Shown piece by piece: positions 27,711 through 37,441 of a stretch of 64,000 bases of DNA. Made by a program: the position numbers and the translations under genes. Origin of the DNA: a bacterium (GTDB taxonomy: Bacteria > Krumholzibacteriota > Krumholzibacteriia > LZORAL124-64-63); the NCBI GenBank assembly GCA_031441465.1, contig JANOEP010000044.1:1-64000 (forward strand). The letters run 5' to 3'. Position 1 is the stretch's first letter. Each line of letters starts with the position of its first letter. Under the pieces are notes generated by a model. It saw nothing but the letters and a program-made list of their open reading frames with translations, was not told where the DNA came from and made no database searches.

Positions 27711-28374
27711 GCCGGTCGTTCCCATCCCAGTGTTTGTCCCGGCCGTCCTCCATGGCGCCGCGCAGCTTGCCGAGCGTGCGGTGCAGCCGGGACTTCATGG
27801 TGCCCTCGGGGACGCCGTAGATCGCGGCGATCTCCTTCACGGGCAGGTCTTCGTAGATGCGCAGGGCGAGCCAGTTCCGTTCTTCGTGCGTCAGTTCGCT
27901 GAGATACCGGTCGAGCCGGAAGCGCTGCCGGGCCTTTTCCAGCTTCAGGGCGGGACTCGACTCGCTGTCCGCGAGCACTTCCTCGCCCAGGACGTTCAGG
28001 GGCGTGAACCAGGACTGCTGCCGTTGCGCCAGCTTGAAGTGGCGGTTCAGCCGGTTGATCGCGATCCGATAGAGCCACGCCTGGAACGGTTTGCTCTGCC
28101 ACCGGAACTGCCACAGCCGGCTCAGGGCGAGGTGGAACACGTCGGCGGTCAGGTCCTGGGCGTCCACCCGGTTCAGGAGCCGGTTGTAGAGGAAACGAAA
28201 GATCCGATCGTAGTAATACTCATACAAGTAGTCGAACGCATCGGCATCGATCTTGGCGCTCTGGATGCGGAGCCGCTCGTACTCGAGCCGCTGGGGATCG
28301 TCCACCGCGGCCGTCTTCGGATCGAAGACAACCGCAAGCCCCGGCCGCAGCCCAGGATGTTCCTCTCGTGCCAT
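27703..28374 (-). CDS. ECF sigma factor
   Basis: AFDYLYEYYYDRIFRFL, AQDLTADVF, FQAWLYRIAIN, EIAAIYGVPEGTMKSRLHR; start uncertain. Confidence 0.9.
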   Translation of the reverse strand: MAREEHPGLRPGLAVVFDPKTAAVDDPQRLEYERLRIQSAKIDADAFDYLYEYYYDRIFRFLYNRLLNRVDAQDLTADVFHLALSRLWQFRWQSKPFQAWLYRIAINRLNRHFKLAQRQQSWFTPLNVLGEEVLADSESSPALKLEKARQRFRLDRYLSELTHEERNWLALRIYEDLPVKEIAAIYGVPEGTMKSRLHRTLGKLRGAMEDGRDKHWDGNDRHV

Positions 28375-28526
28375 TACAATGACGATGTCCCGGATCGGTT
28401 GCCACAAATGAGCGGTCGCGGGGGCGGGTTCTCGATTTGCCGCCCGGTGACGACTCTGCTACGTTCTCGGTTGAATATACCACATCGGGCGCCGTCGTGG
28501 CGCGTCGTTCCCCGAAAGGCCCCGTC

Positions 28527-30071
28527 ATGGCCGAGCTTCCCGCCAGGAACCTCAAGGCGTTCATCGCCTTGCTCGAGCAGGCCGGCGACCTGGTGCGCGT
28601 CCGGGAGCCCGTCGATCCCGTCCTGGAGGCCGGCGAGATCGCCGACCGCTTCGTCAAGGCCGGCGAGGGCCCCGCCCTGCTCTTCGAGGACCCGCGCCCC
28701 GGCCGCTGGAGCGAGCGGGCCGGCCGGACGGCCCGGGCCACGGCGTCCGACGGCCGGCCGGTGCCCCTGGCCATGAACCTGTTCGCCTCGCGCCGCCGCA
28801 TGGCCTGGGCCCTGGGCTGCGAGTCGTTGGAGGAGGCCGTCGCCCGGGTGCGCGAGCCCCTGGAACTCGCTCCCCCTGAGGGGCTTTGGGAGAAGTTGAA
28901 GCTGCTGGGCAAGGCCCGCGACTGGAGCGCCGGCCTGCCCCGCTCGGTGGCCGGCGGACCCTGCCAGGAGGTCGTGGTCCGGGGCGAGGAGCTGGACCGC
29001 CGCGGCATCCTGGACCTGATGCCCGTGCTGACGACTTGGCCGCAGGACGGCGGTCCCTTCATCACCCTGCCGCTGGTCATCACCCGCAACCCCGAGACCG
29101 GCCGGCGCAACATCGGCATGTACCGGCTGCAGGTCTTCGACGGCCGCACCACCGGCATGCACTGGCAGCTGCACAAGACCGGCGCCGACCACTACCGCGC
29201 CTACGAACGGCGCTGCGAGCGCATGCCCGTCTGCGTGGCGCTCGGCGGGCCGCCGTCGCTGACCTACGCCGCGACGGCGCCGCTGCCGCCGGAGATCGAC
29301 GAGTCGATGTTCGCGGGCTTCCTGCAGGGCGCCCCGATCGCCTGGACCAAGGCCCTCACCTGCGACCTGGAAGTGCCGGCCGAGGCCGACTTCGTGCTGG
29401 AGGGCTACGTCGATCCCGGCGAGCGCCGCCGCGAGGGGCCGTTCGGCGACCATACCGGTTTCTACACCCTGCCCGAGGAGTTCCCGGTCTTCCACGTGAC
29501 CGCGATCACCTCGCGCCGCGATCCCGTCTACCCGTCGACCATCGTGGGCATCCCGCCCATGGAGGACAAGTGGCTGGGTTGGGCCACCGAACGCCTGTTC
29601 CTGCCGCTGATGCAGAAGCCGCTGCCCGAGGTCGTCGACTACCACCTGCCGCCGGCCGCCTGCTTCCACAACCTGGCGATCGTGGCGATCCGCAAGCAGT
29701 ACCCCGGGCACGCGCGCAAGGTCTGCCACGCGCTGTGGGGGATGGGCCAGATGATGTTCTGCAAGACCATCGTGGTGGTCGACGCCGAGGTCGACGTCCA
29801 CGACCCATCCGGCGTGCTGTGGCGCGTGACCAACTCCATCGACCCCAAGCGCGACACGTTCTTCGTCGACGGGCCCGTCGACCACCTCGACCACGCCGTG
29901 AACGTCCAGTTCCTGGGCGGCAAGATGGGGATCGACGCCACCGCGAAGTGGGAGGGCGAGGACGGCTACCGGCGCGAGTGGCCGCCGATCGTGCGCATGG
30001 ACGACGCGGTCAAGCTCGATGTCGCGGAGCGCTGGCGCGACCTCCTGGCACAGGCGGGGCGGCAGAAGTGA
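28527..30071 (+). CDS. ubiD: UbiD-family decarboxylase (menaquinone biosynthesis, MqnL-like)
   Basis: GPALLFE, WPQDGGPFIT, EGPFGDHTGFY, GGKMGIDAT. Confidence 0.93.
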   Translation: MAELPARNLKAFIALLEQAGDLVRVREPVDPVLEAGEIADRFVKAGEGPALLFEDPRPGRWSERAGRTARATASDGRPVPLAMNLFASRRRMAWALGCESLEEAVARVREPLELAPPEGLWEKLKLLGKARDWSAGLPRSVAGGPCQEVVVRGEELDRRGILDLMPVLTTWPQDGGPFITLPLVITRNPETGRRNIGMYRLQVFDGRTTGMHWQLHKTGADHYRAYERRCERMPVCVALGGPPSLTYAATAPLPPEIDESMFAGFLQGAPIAWTKALTCDLEVPAEADFVLEGYVDPGERRREGPFGDHTGFYTLPEEFPVFHVTAITSRRDPVYPSTIVGIPPMEDKWLGWATERLFLPLMQKPLPEVVDYHLPPAACFHNLAIVAIRKQYPGHARKVCHALWGMGQMMFCKTIVVVDAEVDVHDPSGVLWRVTNSIDPKRDTFFVDGPVDHLDHAVNVQFLGGKMGIDATAKWEGEDGYRREWPPIVRMDDAVKLDVAERWRDLLAQAGRQK

Positions 30072-30835
30072 GCGACCTCGACCACGCCCACGCCCGCGGC
30101 CGCGACGGCGTGGTGGGCGATCCCGCCGCCCACGACCGCGCCGTGCGGTCGATGTTCGCGCGGATCGCGCACGTCTACGACTTCATGAACCACGCCCTGA
30201 GCTTCAACCGCGACCGCGCGTGGCGGCGCGACCTCGTGCGCGCCCTCGACCCCGGCACCGACCTGCTGCTGGACCTGTGCGCGGGCACGGGCGACCTCGG
30301 CCTCGCGGCCCTGCGCGGTGGCCGCTGCCGCCGGGTCGTGGCGGCCGACTTCACGCCGGCGATGCTGAAGGCGGGCCGCGGCAAGGGGCTCGGCGCGGAA
30401 ATCCCCGCCGTGGCCGCCGACGCCCAGGCGCTCCCGCTGCGCGCCGGCTGCGCCGACGCGATCGCCGTCGGTTTCGGTGTGCGCAACCTGGCCGACCTGC
30501 GCCGCGGCCTGGCCGAGATGCGGCGCGTCCTGAAGCCGGGCGGCCGCTTGCTGGTGCTCGATTTCTTCCGCGACGACCCGGCCGCCGCCGGCCCGAGCCG
30601 CGGCGCCGCCCGCCCGCTGCGCCGCGGGCTGGACCTGGCGCTGCCGCTGGCAGGCCGGCTGCTCGGCCGCGATCGAGCCGCCTACGCCTACCTCGCCGCC
30701 AGCCGGGACCGCTTCGTGACCCCGGCGCAGTTCACGGCGCTGCTCGGCGAGTTCGGCTTCCGGGACATCCTGGTGCGCCGTCAGACCCTCGGCATCGCCC
30801 ACCTGATCGGCGGGCGGCTCGACCACCAGGAGTGA
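30068..30835 (+). CDS. ubiE: UbiE/MenG-family quinone C-methyltransferase
   Basis: MFARIAHVYDFMNHALSF..D..WR; LDLCAGTGD; FGVRN; RVLKPGG. Confidence 0.88.
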   Translation: MSDLDHAHARGRDGVVGDPAAHDRAVRSMFARIAHVYDFMNHALSFNRDRAWRRDLVRALDPGTDLLLDLCAGTGDLGLAALRGGRCRRVVAADFTPAMLKAGRGKGLGAEIPAVAADAQALPLRAGCADAIAVGFGVRNLADLRRGLAEMRRVLKPGGRLLVLDFFRDDPAAAGPSRGAARPLRRGLDLALPLAGRLLGRDRAAYAYLAASRDRFVTPAQFTALLGEFGFRDILVRRQTLGIAHLIGGRLDHQE

Positions 30836-30845
30836 GGAGAGAGTC

Positions 30846-31478
30846 ATGGACCGCGAAAGGATCCCGTCGCCCCCGATCACGGTCGCCTGGACCGGCGCCA
30901 GCGGCTTGGTGTACGGCGTGCGCCTGGTGGAGGTCTTGCTGAACGCGGGCCGCGACGTGGCGCTGCTGCGCAGCGACGCCGTCGAGCAGACGGCGGCCGC
31001 CGAGCTGGGCCGTGCCCCGCGTGCGCTGGTCGAAGAGCTGCGGCAGGTCGCAGTCGCCCGCGGCGCGGCGCTGCGCGAGTACGGCAAGCACGAGTTTTCG
31101 GCGCCGGTCGCCAGCGGCTCGGCGCCTTCGGGCGGCATGGCGGTGTGCCCCTGCTCGATGAGCACGCTGGCCCGCATCGCCACCGGCACCGGCGACGATC
31201 TGCTGCATCGCGCCGCCGACGTGCAACTGAAGGAGCGGCGGCGCCTCGTGCTCGTGCCGCGAGAGACCCCGCTGGCGGTCCACCACCTCGAGCACATGGC
31301 CCGGCTCGCCGCCGCCGGCGCCGTGATCCTGCCGGCGATGCCCGGCTTCTACCAGCGACCGGCGACCGTGCAGGACCTCGTCGACTTCGTGGTGCAGCGC
31401 GTCTGCGACCAACTCGGCGTCGCGGTGCGCCTGGCGCGGCCGTGGGGCGACGCCGACGCCCCGGGAGAACCGGCATGA
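30846..31478 (+). CDS. ubiX: UbiX flavin prenyltransferase
   Basis: TGASG, ASGS, PCSMSTL, LVLVPRETPL, PAMPGFY. Confidence 0.93.
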   Translation: MDRERIPSPPITVAWTGASGLVYGVRLVEVLLNAGRDVALLRSDAVEQTAAAELGRAPRALVEELRQVAVARGAALREYGKHEFSAPVASGSAPSGGMAVCPCSMSTLARIATGTGDDLLHRAADVQLKERRRLVLVPRETPLAVHHLEHMARLAAAGAVILPAMPGFYQRPATVQDLVDFVVQRVCDQLGVAVRLARPWGDADAPGEPA

Positions 31479-32383
31479 CGACGGGACGCGGCGCACCGCG
31501 CGGTCGCGGCTGGCGGACCGTCGGCGACTACTTCGGGCTGGTGAAGTTCGAGCACACCGTCTTCGCCCTGCCGTTCGCCCTGATCTCGCTGCTGGTCGCC
31601 ACCGCCGGTCGCCCTTCGCGGCGCCTGCTGTGGGGCGTGCTGGCGGCGATGGTCGGCGCGCGCTGCGCGGCGATGGCCTTCAACCGCCTCGCCGACCGCG
31701 GCTACGACGCGCGCAACCCGCGCACGGCCGACCGCCACCTGCCCGCGGGGCGGATCGGGGTGGCCGGCGCGGCGACCTTCACGCTGGTCAGTGCGATCGT
31801 CTTCCTGCTGGCCGCCCGCAGCCTCAACCCGCTGTGTTTCGCGCTGGCGCCGGCCGCGCTCGCGGTGGTCCTCGGCTACTCCTACGCCAAGCGGTTCACC
31901 CCCTGGTCGCACCTGGTGCTGGGCCTAAGCCTGGGCATCGCGCCGACGGGTGCGTGGCTCGCGGCCACCGGCGCCTTCGCCGCGTTCCCGCTGTGGATGT
32001 CGGCGGGCGTGATGCTCTGGGTCGGCGGGTTCGACGCGATCTACGGCTGCCAGGACGTCGAGATCGACCGGAGCGAAGGGCTGCGCTCCCTGGCGGTCCG
32101 CTTCGGCGTGCCCGGCGCGCTGGGGATCGCCAAGGGCCTGCACGTGCTGGCCGTGCTGTGCCTCGCGTTCGCGTACCGCGCGGCGCCGACGTTGGGCGCG
32201 ACGGCGGACCTGGGCCTGTGCGCGCGCCTCGGCCTGATCGTCATGACGCTGCTGCTGGTCTGGGAGCACCGCCTGGTGCGCGGCGGGGATCTGCGCCACA
32301 TCGACCGGGCGTTCTTCACCATCAATTCCTGGATCGGGATGCTCCTGCTGCTCTTCGTCGCCTGCGACGTCTACCTGGTCTGA
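31475..32383 (+). CDS. UbiA-like polyprenyltransferase (MqnP-like)
   Basis: VKFEHTVFALPFA, AMAFNRLAD..YDARNPRT, YSYAKRFT, GFD.IY..QD. Confidence 0.9.
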   Translation: MTTGRGAPRGRGWRTVGDYFGLVKFEHTVFALPFALISLLVATAGRPSRRLLWGVLAAMVGARCAAMAFNRLADRGYDARNPRTADRHLPAGRIGVAGAATFTLVSAIVFLLAARSLNPLCFALAPAALAVVLGYSYAKRFTPWSHLVLGLSLGIAPTGAWLAATGAFAAFPLWMSAGVMLWVGGFDAIYGCQDVEIDRSEGLRSLAVRFGVPGALGIAKGLHVLAVLCLAFAYRAAPTLGATADLGLCARLGLIVMTLLLVWEHRLVRGGDLRHIDRAFFTINSWIGMLLLLFVACDVYLV

Positions 32384-32768
32384 GGGGGCGCCGCCGCCGT
32401 CCAGATTCCGACCCCCCGATGCTTCCGTATTGCGCACCTCCCGCACCGCAGGAAGGCATTCTGCGCCCTCCCGCGACACGACGGAACACGTCCTGTTCAC
32501 GGTTCCTCCCGGATGGAGCGCCTTTTCGGGAGCGGCGTCCGCCTTGGGGGCTGTTGGCGCATCTATAATAATATCAATGTGATACAACGATCATCGCGCA
32601 GCCGGGTGACCCGGCTGTCCGGTCGGTGCAGACCGGGCGCAGCTTCCGGCAAGGAAATCCTCAAGCGGGTATGAGGCTTGCCGATGGACTCTCGTGAATT
32701 CACCCCGGTCCGGCCGTGCGGACCCGACAAGAGCGCCCCCCCGCGAGGGCAAGAGAAAGGGATCTGGA

Positions 32769-33722
32769 ATGAAGACTCGTTACAGCATGCTGGCCGTCGT
32801 CCTGATGCTCGGCCTGGCCACGTCCGCGATGGCGACCGGGACGATCGGCCTGTTCTTCGACACCGAGGGCAACAGCGCCCAGCTCGTCGGCGAGCCCACG
32901 ATGGTCTACGACGGCTACGTCCTGATCAACAACTCCGACATGCTGCTCGGCGGGGCGGCCTTCAAGCTCGAGTCCGAGGGCGGCTTCATGATCGTCAGCG
33001 AGACCTGGGCTCCGGGCTTGCTGTTCGGCACCCTGCTGACCGGCGCCGAGATCGGTCTCTACACGCCCATCGCGCAGTTCGGCAACGACCCCCAGTCGAT
33101 CTGCCACATCCAGGTGTTCTCGCCGACGATGATCGTCAACTCGCACCAGACCATCGTCGCCGACCCGGACTACGCCACGCCGGTGCTGGCGAACACGTCC
33201 GCCATCCTGTTCCCGGCCGACGGCCTGACCTCCAGCATCACGCTGCGCCCGACCCCCCAGATCGGCGTGTTCTGGGACGAGGCCGGCACCCAGGGCGTGT
33301 TGATCGAGAACGGCGGCATGACCGAGATCCACAACGCCTGGATCATGGTCCGCAATGCCGAGATGATGGTCGGCGGCGCCGCCTTCAAGCTGGTCCTGGA
33401 TCCGCGCATCATGATCCTGAGCGCGACCCCGGCTTCGGGCCTGATCTTCGGCAGCCTGTCGGCCGGCGTCGAGATGGGTCTGTACAGCTACCTGCCCGTG
33501 TTCGGCACCGACCCGGGCCTGCTGTACACCCTGCAGATGACGACCTTCAACAACCTGATGGTCAACGCCGAGCTGTCGATCGTCAATCATCCCAGCTACG
33601 ACGCGCCCAAGGTGGCGGACAACAGCGCCGTCCAGTGGACCGCCGAAGGCCTGACCTCGTACCTGACCATCCCCGTCGGCACCGAGGAGATGAGCTGGGG
33701 CCAGGTCAAGAGCCTGTACTAG
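32769..33722 (+). CDS. Secreted protein with two tandem copies of a beta-rich domain and WGxxKxxY tail
   Basis: Signal peptide; duplicated IG(L/V)F.D..G...M..GGAAFKL...GL.FG.L..G.E.GLY; ends SWGQVKSLY. Confidence 0.8.
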   Translation: MKTRYSMLAVVLMLGLATSAMATGTIGLFFDTEGNSAQLVGEPTMVYDGYVLINNSDMLLGGAAFKLESEGGFMIVSETWAPGLLFGTLLTGAEIGLYTPIAQFGNDPQSICHIQVFSPTMIVNSHQTIVADPDYATPVLANTSAILFPADGLTSSITLRPTPQIGVFWDEAGTQGVLIENGGMTEIHNAWIMVRNAEMMVGGAAFKLVLDPRIMILSATPASGLIFGSLSAGVEMGLYSYLPVFGTDPGLLYTLQMTTFNNLMVNAELSIVNHPSYDAPKVADNSAVQWTAEGLTSYLTIPVGTEEMSWGQVKSLY

Positions 33723-33787
33723 GCACAACGTTCCCGCGGAGGGCGTGTCGGAATCCCCCCCAGGACGCGACGGACCTCCGCAAACGG

Positions 33788-33820
33788 GAAGCGGGAGAGG
33801 GCAACCTCTCCCGCTTCTTC
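33788..33820. terminator. Terminator between convergent genes
   Basis: 13-bp stem GAAGCGGGAGAGG/CCTCTCCCGCTTC with GCAA tetraloop. Confidence 0.7.
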
Positions 33821-33837
33821 GTCCGTTCCCGCCGACC

Positions 33838-34641
33838 TCACCCGGGCGGGGGCTCGGGGTCGCGCTTCACGACGTGGAACCCGTAGGAAGTTTCCACCAC
33901 GCCGGTGATTTCGCCGGGCTTCAGGCCGAACAAGGCATCCTCGAAGGACGACTCCAGATTCCCCGGTTCCACGAGCCCGATCAGGCCGCATTCGAAACGA
34001 CTCTGTTCGTCGTCGGAGAAGCGGGCGGCCAGACCGCAGAAGTCGGCGTCGGGTACCTGCGCCTTGGCGGCGATCTCGCCTGCCAGGGCCTGCGCCTGGT
34101 CCCGGGAACGGGTGATCGTGCCGCCGTCGCCCCCCGCTCCCCGCCAGGCGATCAGGATGTGGCGGGCCACGGCGCGCCGCACAGGCACGCGCATCAGCAC
34201 GTGGAACCCGGCGGTCGACTCGACGCAGGGATCCAACTCGCCGATTTCCAGTTGCGACAGGGTCACTTCCAGGGACAAGGGCAGCCGGCCGGGCCGCACG
34301 ACGCCCAGTTCGCCGCCGTGGCGCGCCGTGCGGGCGTCGTCGGAGTAGCGGCGGGCCAGTTCCGCGAACGAGGCGCGGTTGTCGAGGATCTCGGTCGCCA
34401 GGCGCACGGCCAGGGCGCGCGCCTCGTCCGGCGTGCGCGTGACGCCGGGCATCGCCGGGCTGCCGTCACGATGGGCGATCAGGATGTGCGCGCCGGCGAT
34501 CTCCGTCGGCCGCGCGAGGGAGTCCGCGGCGGCCGTCGCGGGCCCGCGCGTCGCCGGTTCGCGGCCGCGCAGCAGCGCGAACGCCACCAAGGCGACGGCG
34601 CCCGCCAGGGTCGCCAGCAATGCGAGGCGCCGGAGTTTCAT
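33838..34641 (-). CDS. Parvulin-type peptidyl-prolyl isomerase, two domains
   Basis: Two HILI...FxxLAxxxSDD...G(F)HV repeats. Confidence 0.88.
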   Translation of the reverse strand: MKLRRLALLATLAGAVALVAFALLRGREPATRGPATAAADSLARPTEIAGAHILIAHRDGSPAMPGVTRTPDEARALAVRLATEILDNRASFAELARRYSDDARTARHGGELGVVRPGRLPLSLEVTLSQLEIGELDPCVESTAGFHVLMRVPVRRAVARHILIAWRGAGGDGGTITRSRDQAQALAGEIAAKAQVPDADFCGLAARFSDDEQSRFECGLIGLVEPGNLESSFEDALFGLKPGEITGVVETSYGFHVVKRDPEPPPG

Positions 34642-35468
34642 CGTCCGCCCTTCTGGTAGGGATCGGCGCCCGTCGCCAGCAGGATCTTGCTCGCGAGCAG
34701 GTGGTAGATCTGCAGCTCCCAGTTCACGATCCCCGCGCGCATGTGCAGGTGGCGCATGTAGGTCAGGAACTTCTCCCGCTCCGGCGGCCCGAGGCCGACC
34801 GCCGCCATGGCGGCGCCGAAATGCTCGTACATCACGTCCAGCTCGTCCTGCGTTGGCAGCTTGGTGGAACGGTGCGGGTGGTTGACACGCATCTCGGGCC
34901 GGCGGCTGGGCTCGCGGCGCGGCGCGACGCAGGCCGCGCGCCAGGCGCGGCGCAGCTCGTAGCTCAGGACCATCACGGCTTGCGAGAGGTTCAGGGACGG
35001 CTGCTCGGGGGCGGTGTCGATCGAGCAGACGTAGCGGCAGGCGTAGACCTCGTCGTTGGTCAGGCCGGTGCGCTCGGTGCCGAACATCAGGGCCACCGGC
35101 CCCTCGGCCGCGTGTTCGATCAGCAGCGCCGCCAGATCGTGCGGCGCCATCAGGGCGCCCTTGCGCAGCTCGCGCGGGCGGGCCGTGGTGCCGGCAACGA
35201 CCAGGCAGTCGCGCACGGCCGCCCGGTGGTCCAGCACGACCTGCGCGCCTTCGAGCACGTCCTCGGCCCCGTGCGCCAGCGCGCGCGCCCGCTCGCCGTA
35301 GGGATCGTGCGGCGAGATCAGCACCAGGTGCGACAGGCCCATCGTCTTCATGGCGCGGGCCGTCGCCCCGACGTTGCGCGGCTCGGTGGTGCGGCTCAGC
35401 ACGATGCGGACGTTGTCCAGCACCGCCTGGGCCGCGGGGTCGACGGGATCGGAGGGGAAGCGGGCCAC
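34638..35468 (-). CDS. trmJ: TrmJ/LasT-family SPOUT RNA methyltransferase
   Basis: NVGATARAMKTMG, FGTERTGLTNDE, PSLNLSQAV. Confidence 0.88.
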   Translation of the reverse strand: MARFPSDPVDPAAQAVLDNVRIVLSRTTEPRNVGATARAMKTMGLSHLVLISPHDPYGERARALAHGAEDVLEGAQVVLDHRAAVRDCLVVAGTTARPRELRKGALMAPHDLAALLIEHAAEGPVALMFGTERTGLTNDEVYACRYVCSIDTAPEQPSLNLSQAVMVLSYELRRAWRAACVAPRREPSRRPEMRVNHPHRSTKLPTQDELDVMYEHFGAAMAAVGLGPPEREKFLTYMRHLHMRAGIVNWELQIYHLLASKILLATGADPYQKGGR

Positions 35469-35553
35469 GGGTTTCGTCCTCTGGGGGGATGGCTGGTCGT
35501 CCGTCCCCCCAATATCGCGCCCCGCGGGTCGGTTGTCACGCGCGGGGGCGGCG

Positions 35554-36330
35554 TCAGCCTGGCAGCCGGTACGTCACCGTCAGCGGGAACGACGTCCCTT
35601 GCGGGTAGTAGCGCCGCCAGCTCACGAACGATGCGCCGCCGTGCTCGTGGACGCGAACTTCGGGGCTGACCGTGAGGACCTCGGCGCCCGCCGGCAGGCG
35701 CAGCTTGCGCTCGTAGAGGCGGTCGTCGGGGAAGTCGCCGGGGTAGGTGCAGGTCCACACGTCGCCGTCGCGGAAGGCGCCGCGGGGTCGGATCGTGCTC
35801 ATCGACATCTCGACGCTCTCTCCCGGCAGGACGGGCACGGCCAGCTCGACGATCACGTTCTGGATGTCGGTGCCTGGCCGGGGCTCGAAACGGTGGGGCA
35901 GCGTATTGCCCCAGGGGTCCAGGATCTTCAGCGTGCGGTACGTCTCCATCTCGTGGGGGCCGGCGCCCCACACGACGCTGGTCTGCAGCTCCCGGCCGTC
36001 GTTGGCGACGTGGAAGGTGTTCCAGGCCTCGACGCTGCCGTCGGCGCGCAGGACCTCGTAGCAGGAAGAGCGCACCAGCCGCCGGCCTTCGGGTCGCGGC
36101 AGATCGCGGTCGCCGTCGACCTCGCGGATCTGACGGCCCTCCAGCTCGTAGAGCGCGTCGCCGGTCTGCAGCAGGTACGTGGCTTCGTCGACCGGCCGCA
36201 GCACGCCGGTGAGCGTGCGGCCATCGGTCAGGCGGACCTCCGTAGCGCAGCAGGTCTCGGCGGCCAGCAGCAGCAGGAGAAGCGGAGCCGCGCGGGTGGC
36301 GGTGCGGAGCGTGGCGTTCGTCGTGGTCAT
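35554..36330 (-). CDS. Secreted hypothetical protein in an ECF operon
   Basis: GGAGG RBS; signal peptide; VRLTDGRTLTG N-terminal motif. Confidence 0.6.
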   Translation of the reverse strand: MTTTNATLRTATRAAPLLLLLLAAETCCATEVRLTDGRTLTGVLRPVDEATYLLQTGDALYELEGRQIREVDGDRDLPRPEGRRLVRSSCYEVLRADGSVEAWNTFHVANDGRELQTSVVWGAGPHEMETYRTLKILDPWGNTLPHRFEPRPGTDIQNVIVELAVPVLPGESVEMSMSTIRPRGAFRDGDVWTCTYPGDFPDDRLYERKLRLPAGAEVLTVSPEVRVHEHGGASFVSWRRYYPQGTSFPLTVTYRLPG

Positions 36331-36341
36331 CTTCGTGCCTC

Positions 36342-36773
36342 CTAGAACGGGCTGTCGCCGAGATTCAGGGTCCCCGTCGCGAGCGCGGTTTCCGGTCCCA
36401 CGTCGCCGCCGTCGCGCACCAGCGTGATGGCGCCGGAATGCAGCGTCGCGTCGCCGTCGCCGAGACGCCGCATGACCGACGGCGCGACCAGGACGACTGC
36501 CAGCACGGCGGCCGCGGCCCAGACGACCGGACGCAGCAGGACGATCGGCGCCAACGGCGCGGGCGCGGCCAAGATCCGCCCGCGCAGATCGTCCGCCGCG
36601 CGGTCGCCCGCCAACGCCTCCCGCCACTCCTCCCGCTCGCGGCGGCGCCGCGCCGCCTCCGCCCGGCAGTCCGCGCATCCGTCCAGGTGCGCGGACAGGG
36701 CGGCGGCCCGCTCGCCGTCGAGCTCGCCGTCGACCAGCGCGGTCAGCAGCGCGAGCGCGTCCTCACAACGCAT
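36342..36773 (-). CDS. zf-HC2 anti-sigma factor
   Basis: MRCEDA..LL...DGEL...HLDGCADC followed by a TM helix. Confidence 0.85.
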   Translation of the reverse strand: MRCEDALALLTALVDGELDGERAAALSAHLDGCADCRAEAARRRREREEWREALAGDRAADDLRGRILAAPAPLAPIVLLRPVVWAAAAVLAVVLVAPSVMRRLGDGDATLHSGAITLVRDGGDVGPETALATGTLNLGDSPF

Positions 36774-37278
36774 GACCCATCCTCCCGAGTTCGCGGCGCA
36801 GTTGTTGCACCGCATGGTGCTTGCGTGAGGCGACGGTGCCCGGCGGGATCCCCAGGACCTCGGCGATCTCCCCGTAGCGCAACCCCTCCACCTCCGAGAG
36901 CAGGAAGACCGCGCGGTGCTCCTCGTCCATCAGGTCGAGGGCCCGGTCGAGGGCCGCGCGCAGTTCGGTGGCGTGCAGGAGGGCGTCGGCCGGGGCCGGC
37001 GGGTCGAGGTCGGCGGCGAGGTGCGGCGCCGCGTCCCGCCGCGTGCGCCGGCGCCGCCAGTGGTCGACGGCCGCGTGGCGCGCACAGGCGAAGACGTAGG
37101 CCGCCGACGGCAGCTCGTCGTCCCGGTCGGGACGCAGACGCCGCAGCCGCAGGAAGGTGTCGTGCGTCAGGTCGCGGGCGAGGTCGTCGTCCCGCACCAG
37201 GCTGCGCAGGAAGCGATGGACCCGGTCGAGATCTCTCTCGACCAGCCTGGTGAACCCGTCGTCCCGCTGCTGCGCCAC
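36763..37278 (-). CDS. ECF sigma factor
   Basis: ARDLTHDTFLRL; EGLRYGEIAEVLGIPPGTVASR. Confidence 0.88.
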   Translation of the reverse strand: MAQQRDDGFTRLVERDLDRVHRFLRSLVRDDDLARDLTHDTFLRLRRLRPDRDDELPSAAYVFACARHAAVDHWRRRRTRRDAAPHLAADLDPPAPADALLHATELRAALDRALDLMDEEHRAVFLLSEVEGLRYGEIAEVLGIPPGTVASRKHHAVQQLRRELGRMGHAL

Positions 37279-37378
37279 TGCACCCCCCCGAACCCGAAGT
37301 TACCCTTGCCGGGCACCGTCGTCACGACAGTAAGACGCACGGGGGCGCGCTTTCTTCAGCGATCGATTCCGTCCGCCG

Positions 37379-37414
37379 AAAAAAAAGGCGGGGACCCCCG
37401 TGGGAATCCCCGCC
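37379..37414 (-). terminator. Intrinsic terminator (minus strand)
   Basis: GGCGGGGA...TCCCCGCC stem followed by 8 T on the minus strand. Confidence 0.75.
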
Positions 37415-37441
37415 CGTTGCCGGCGATGCGGCTCATGAGGG

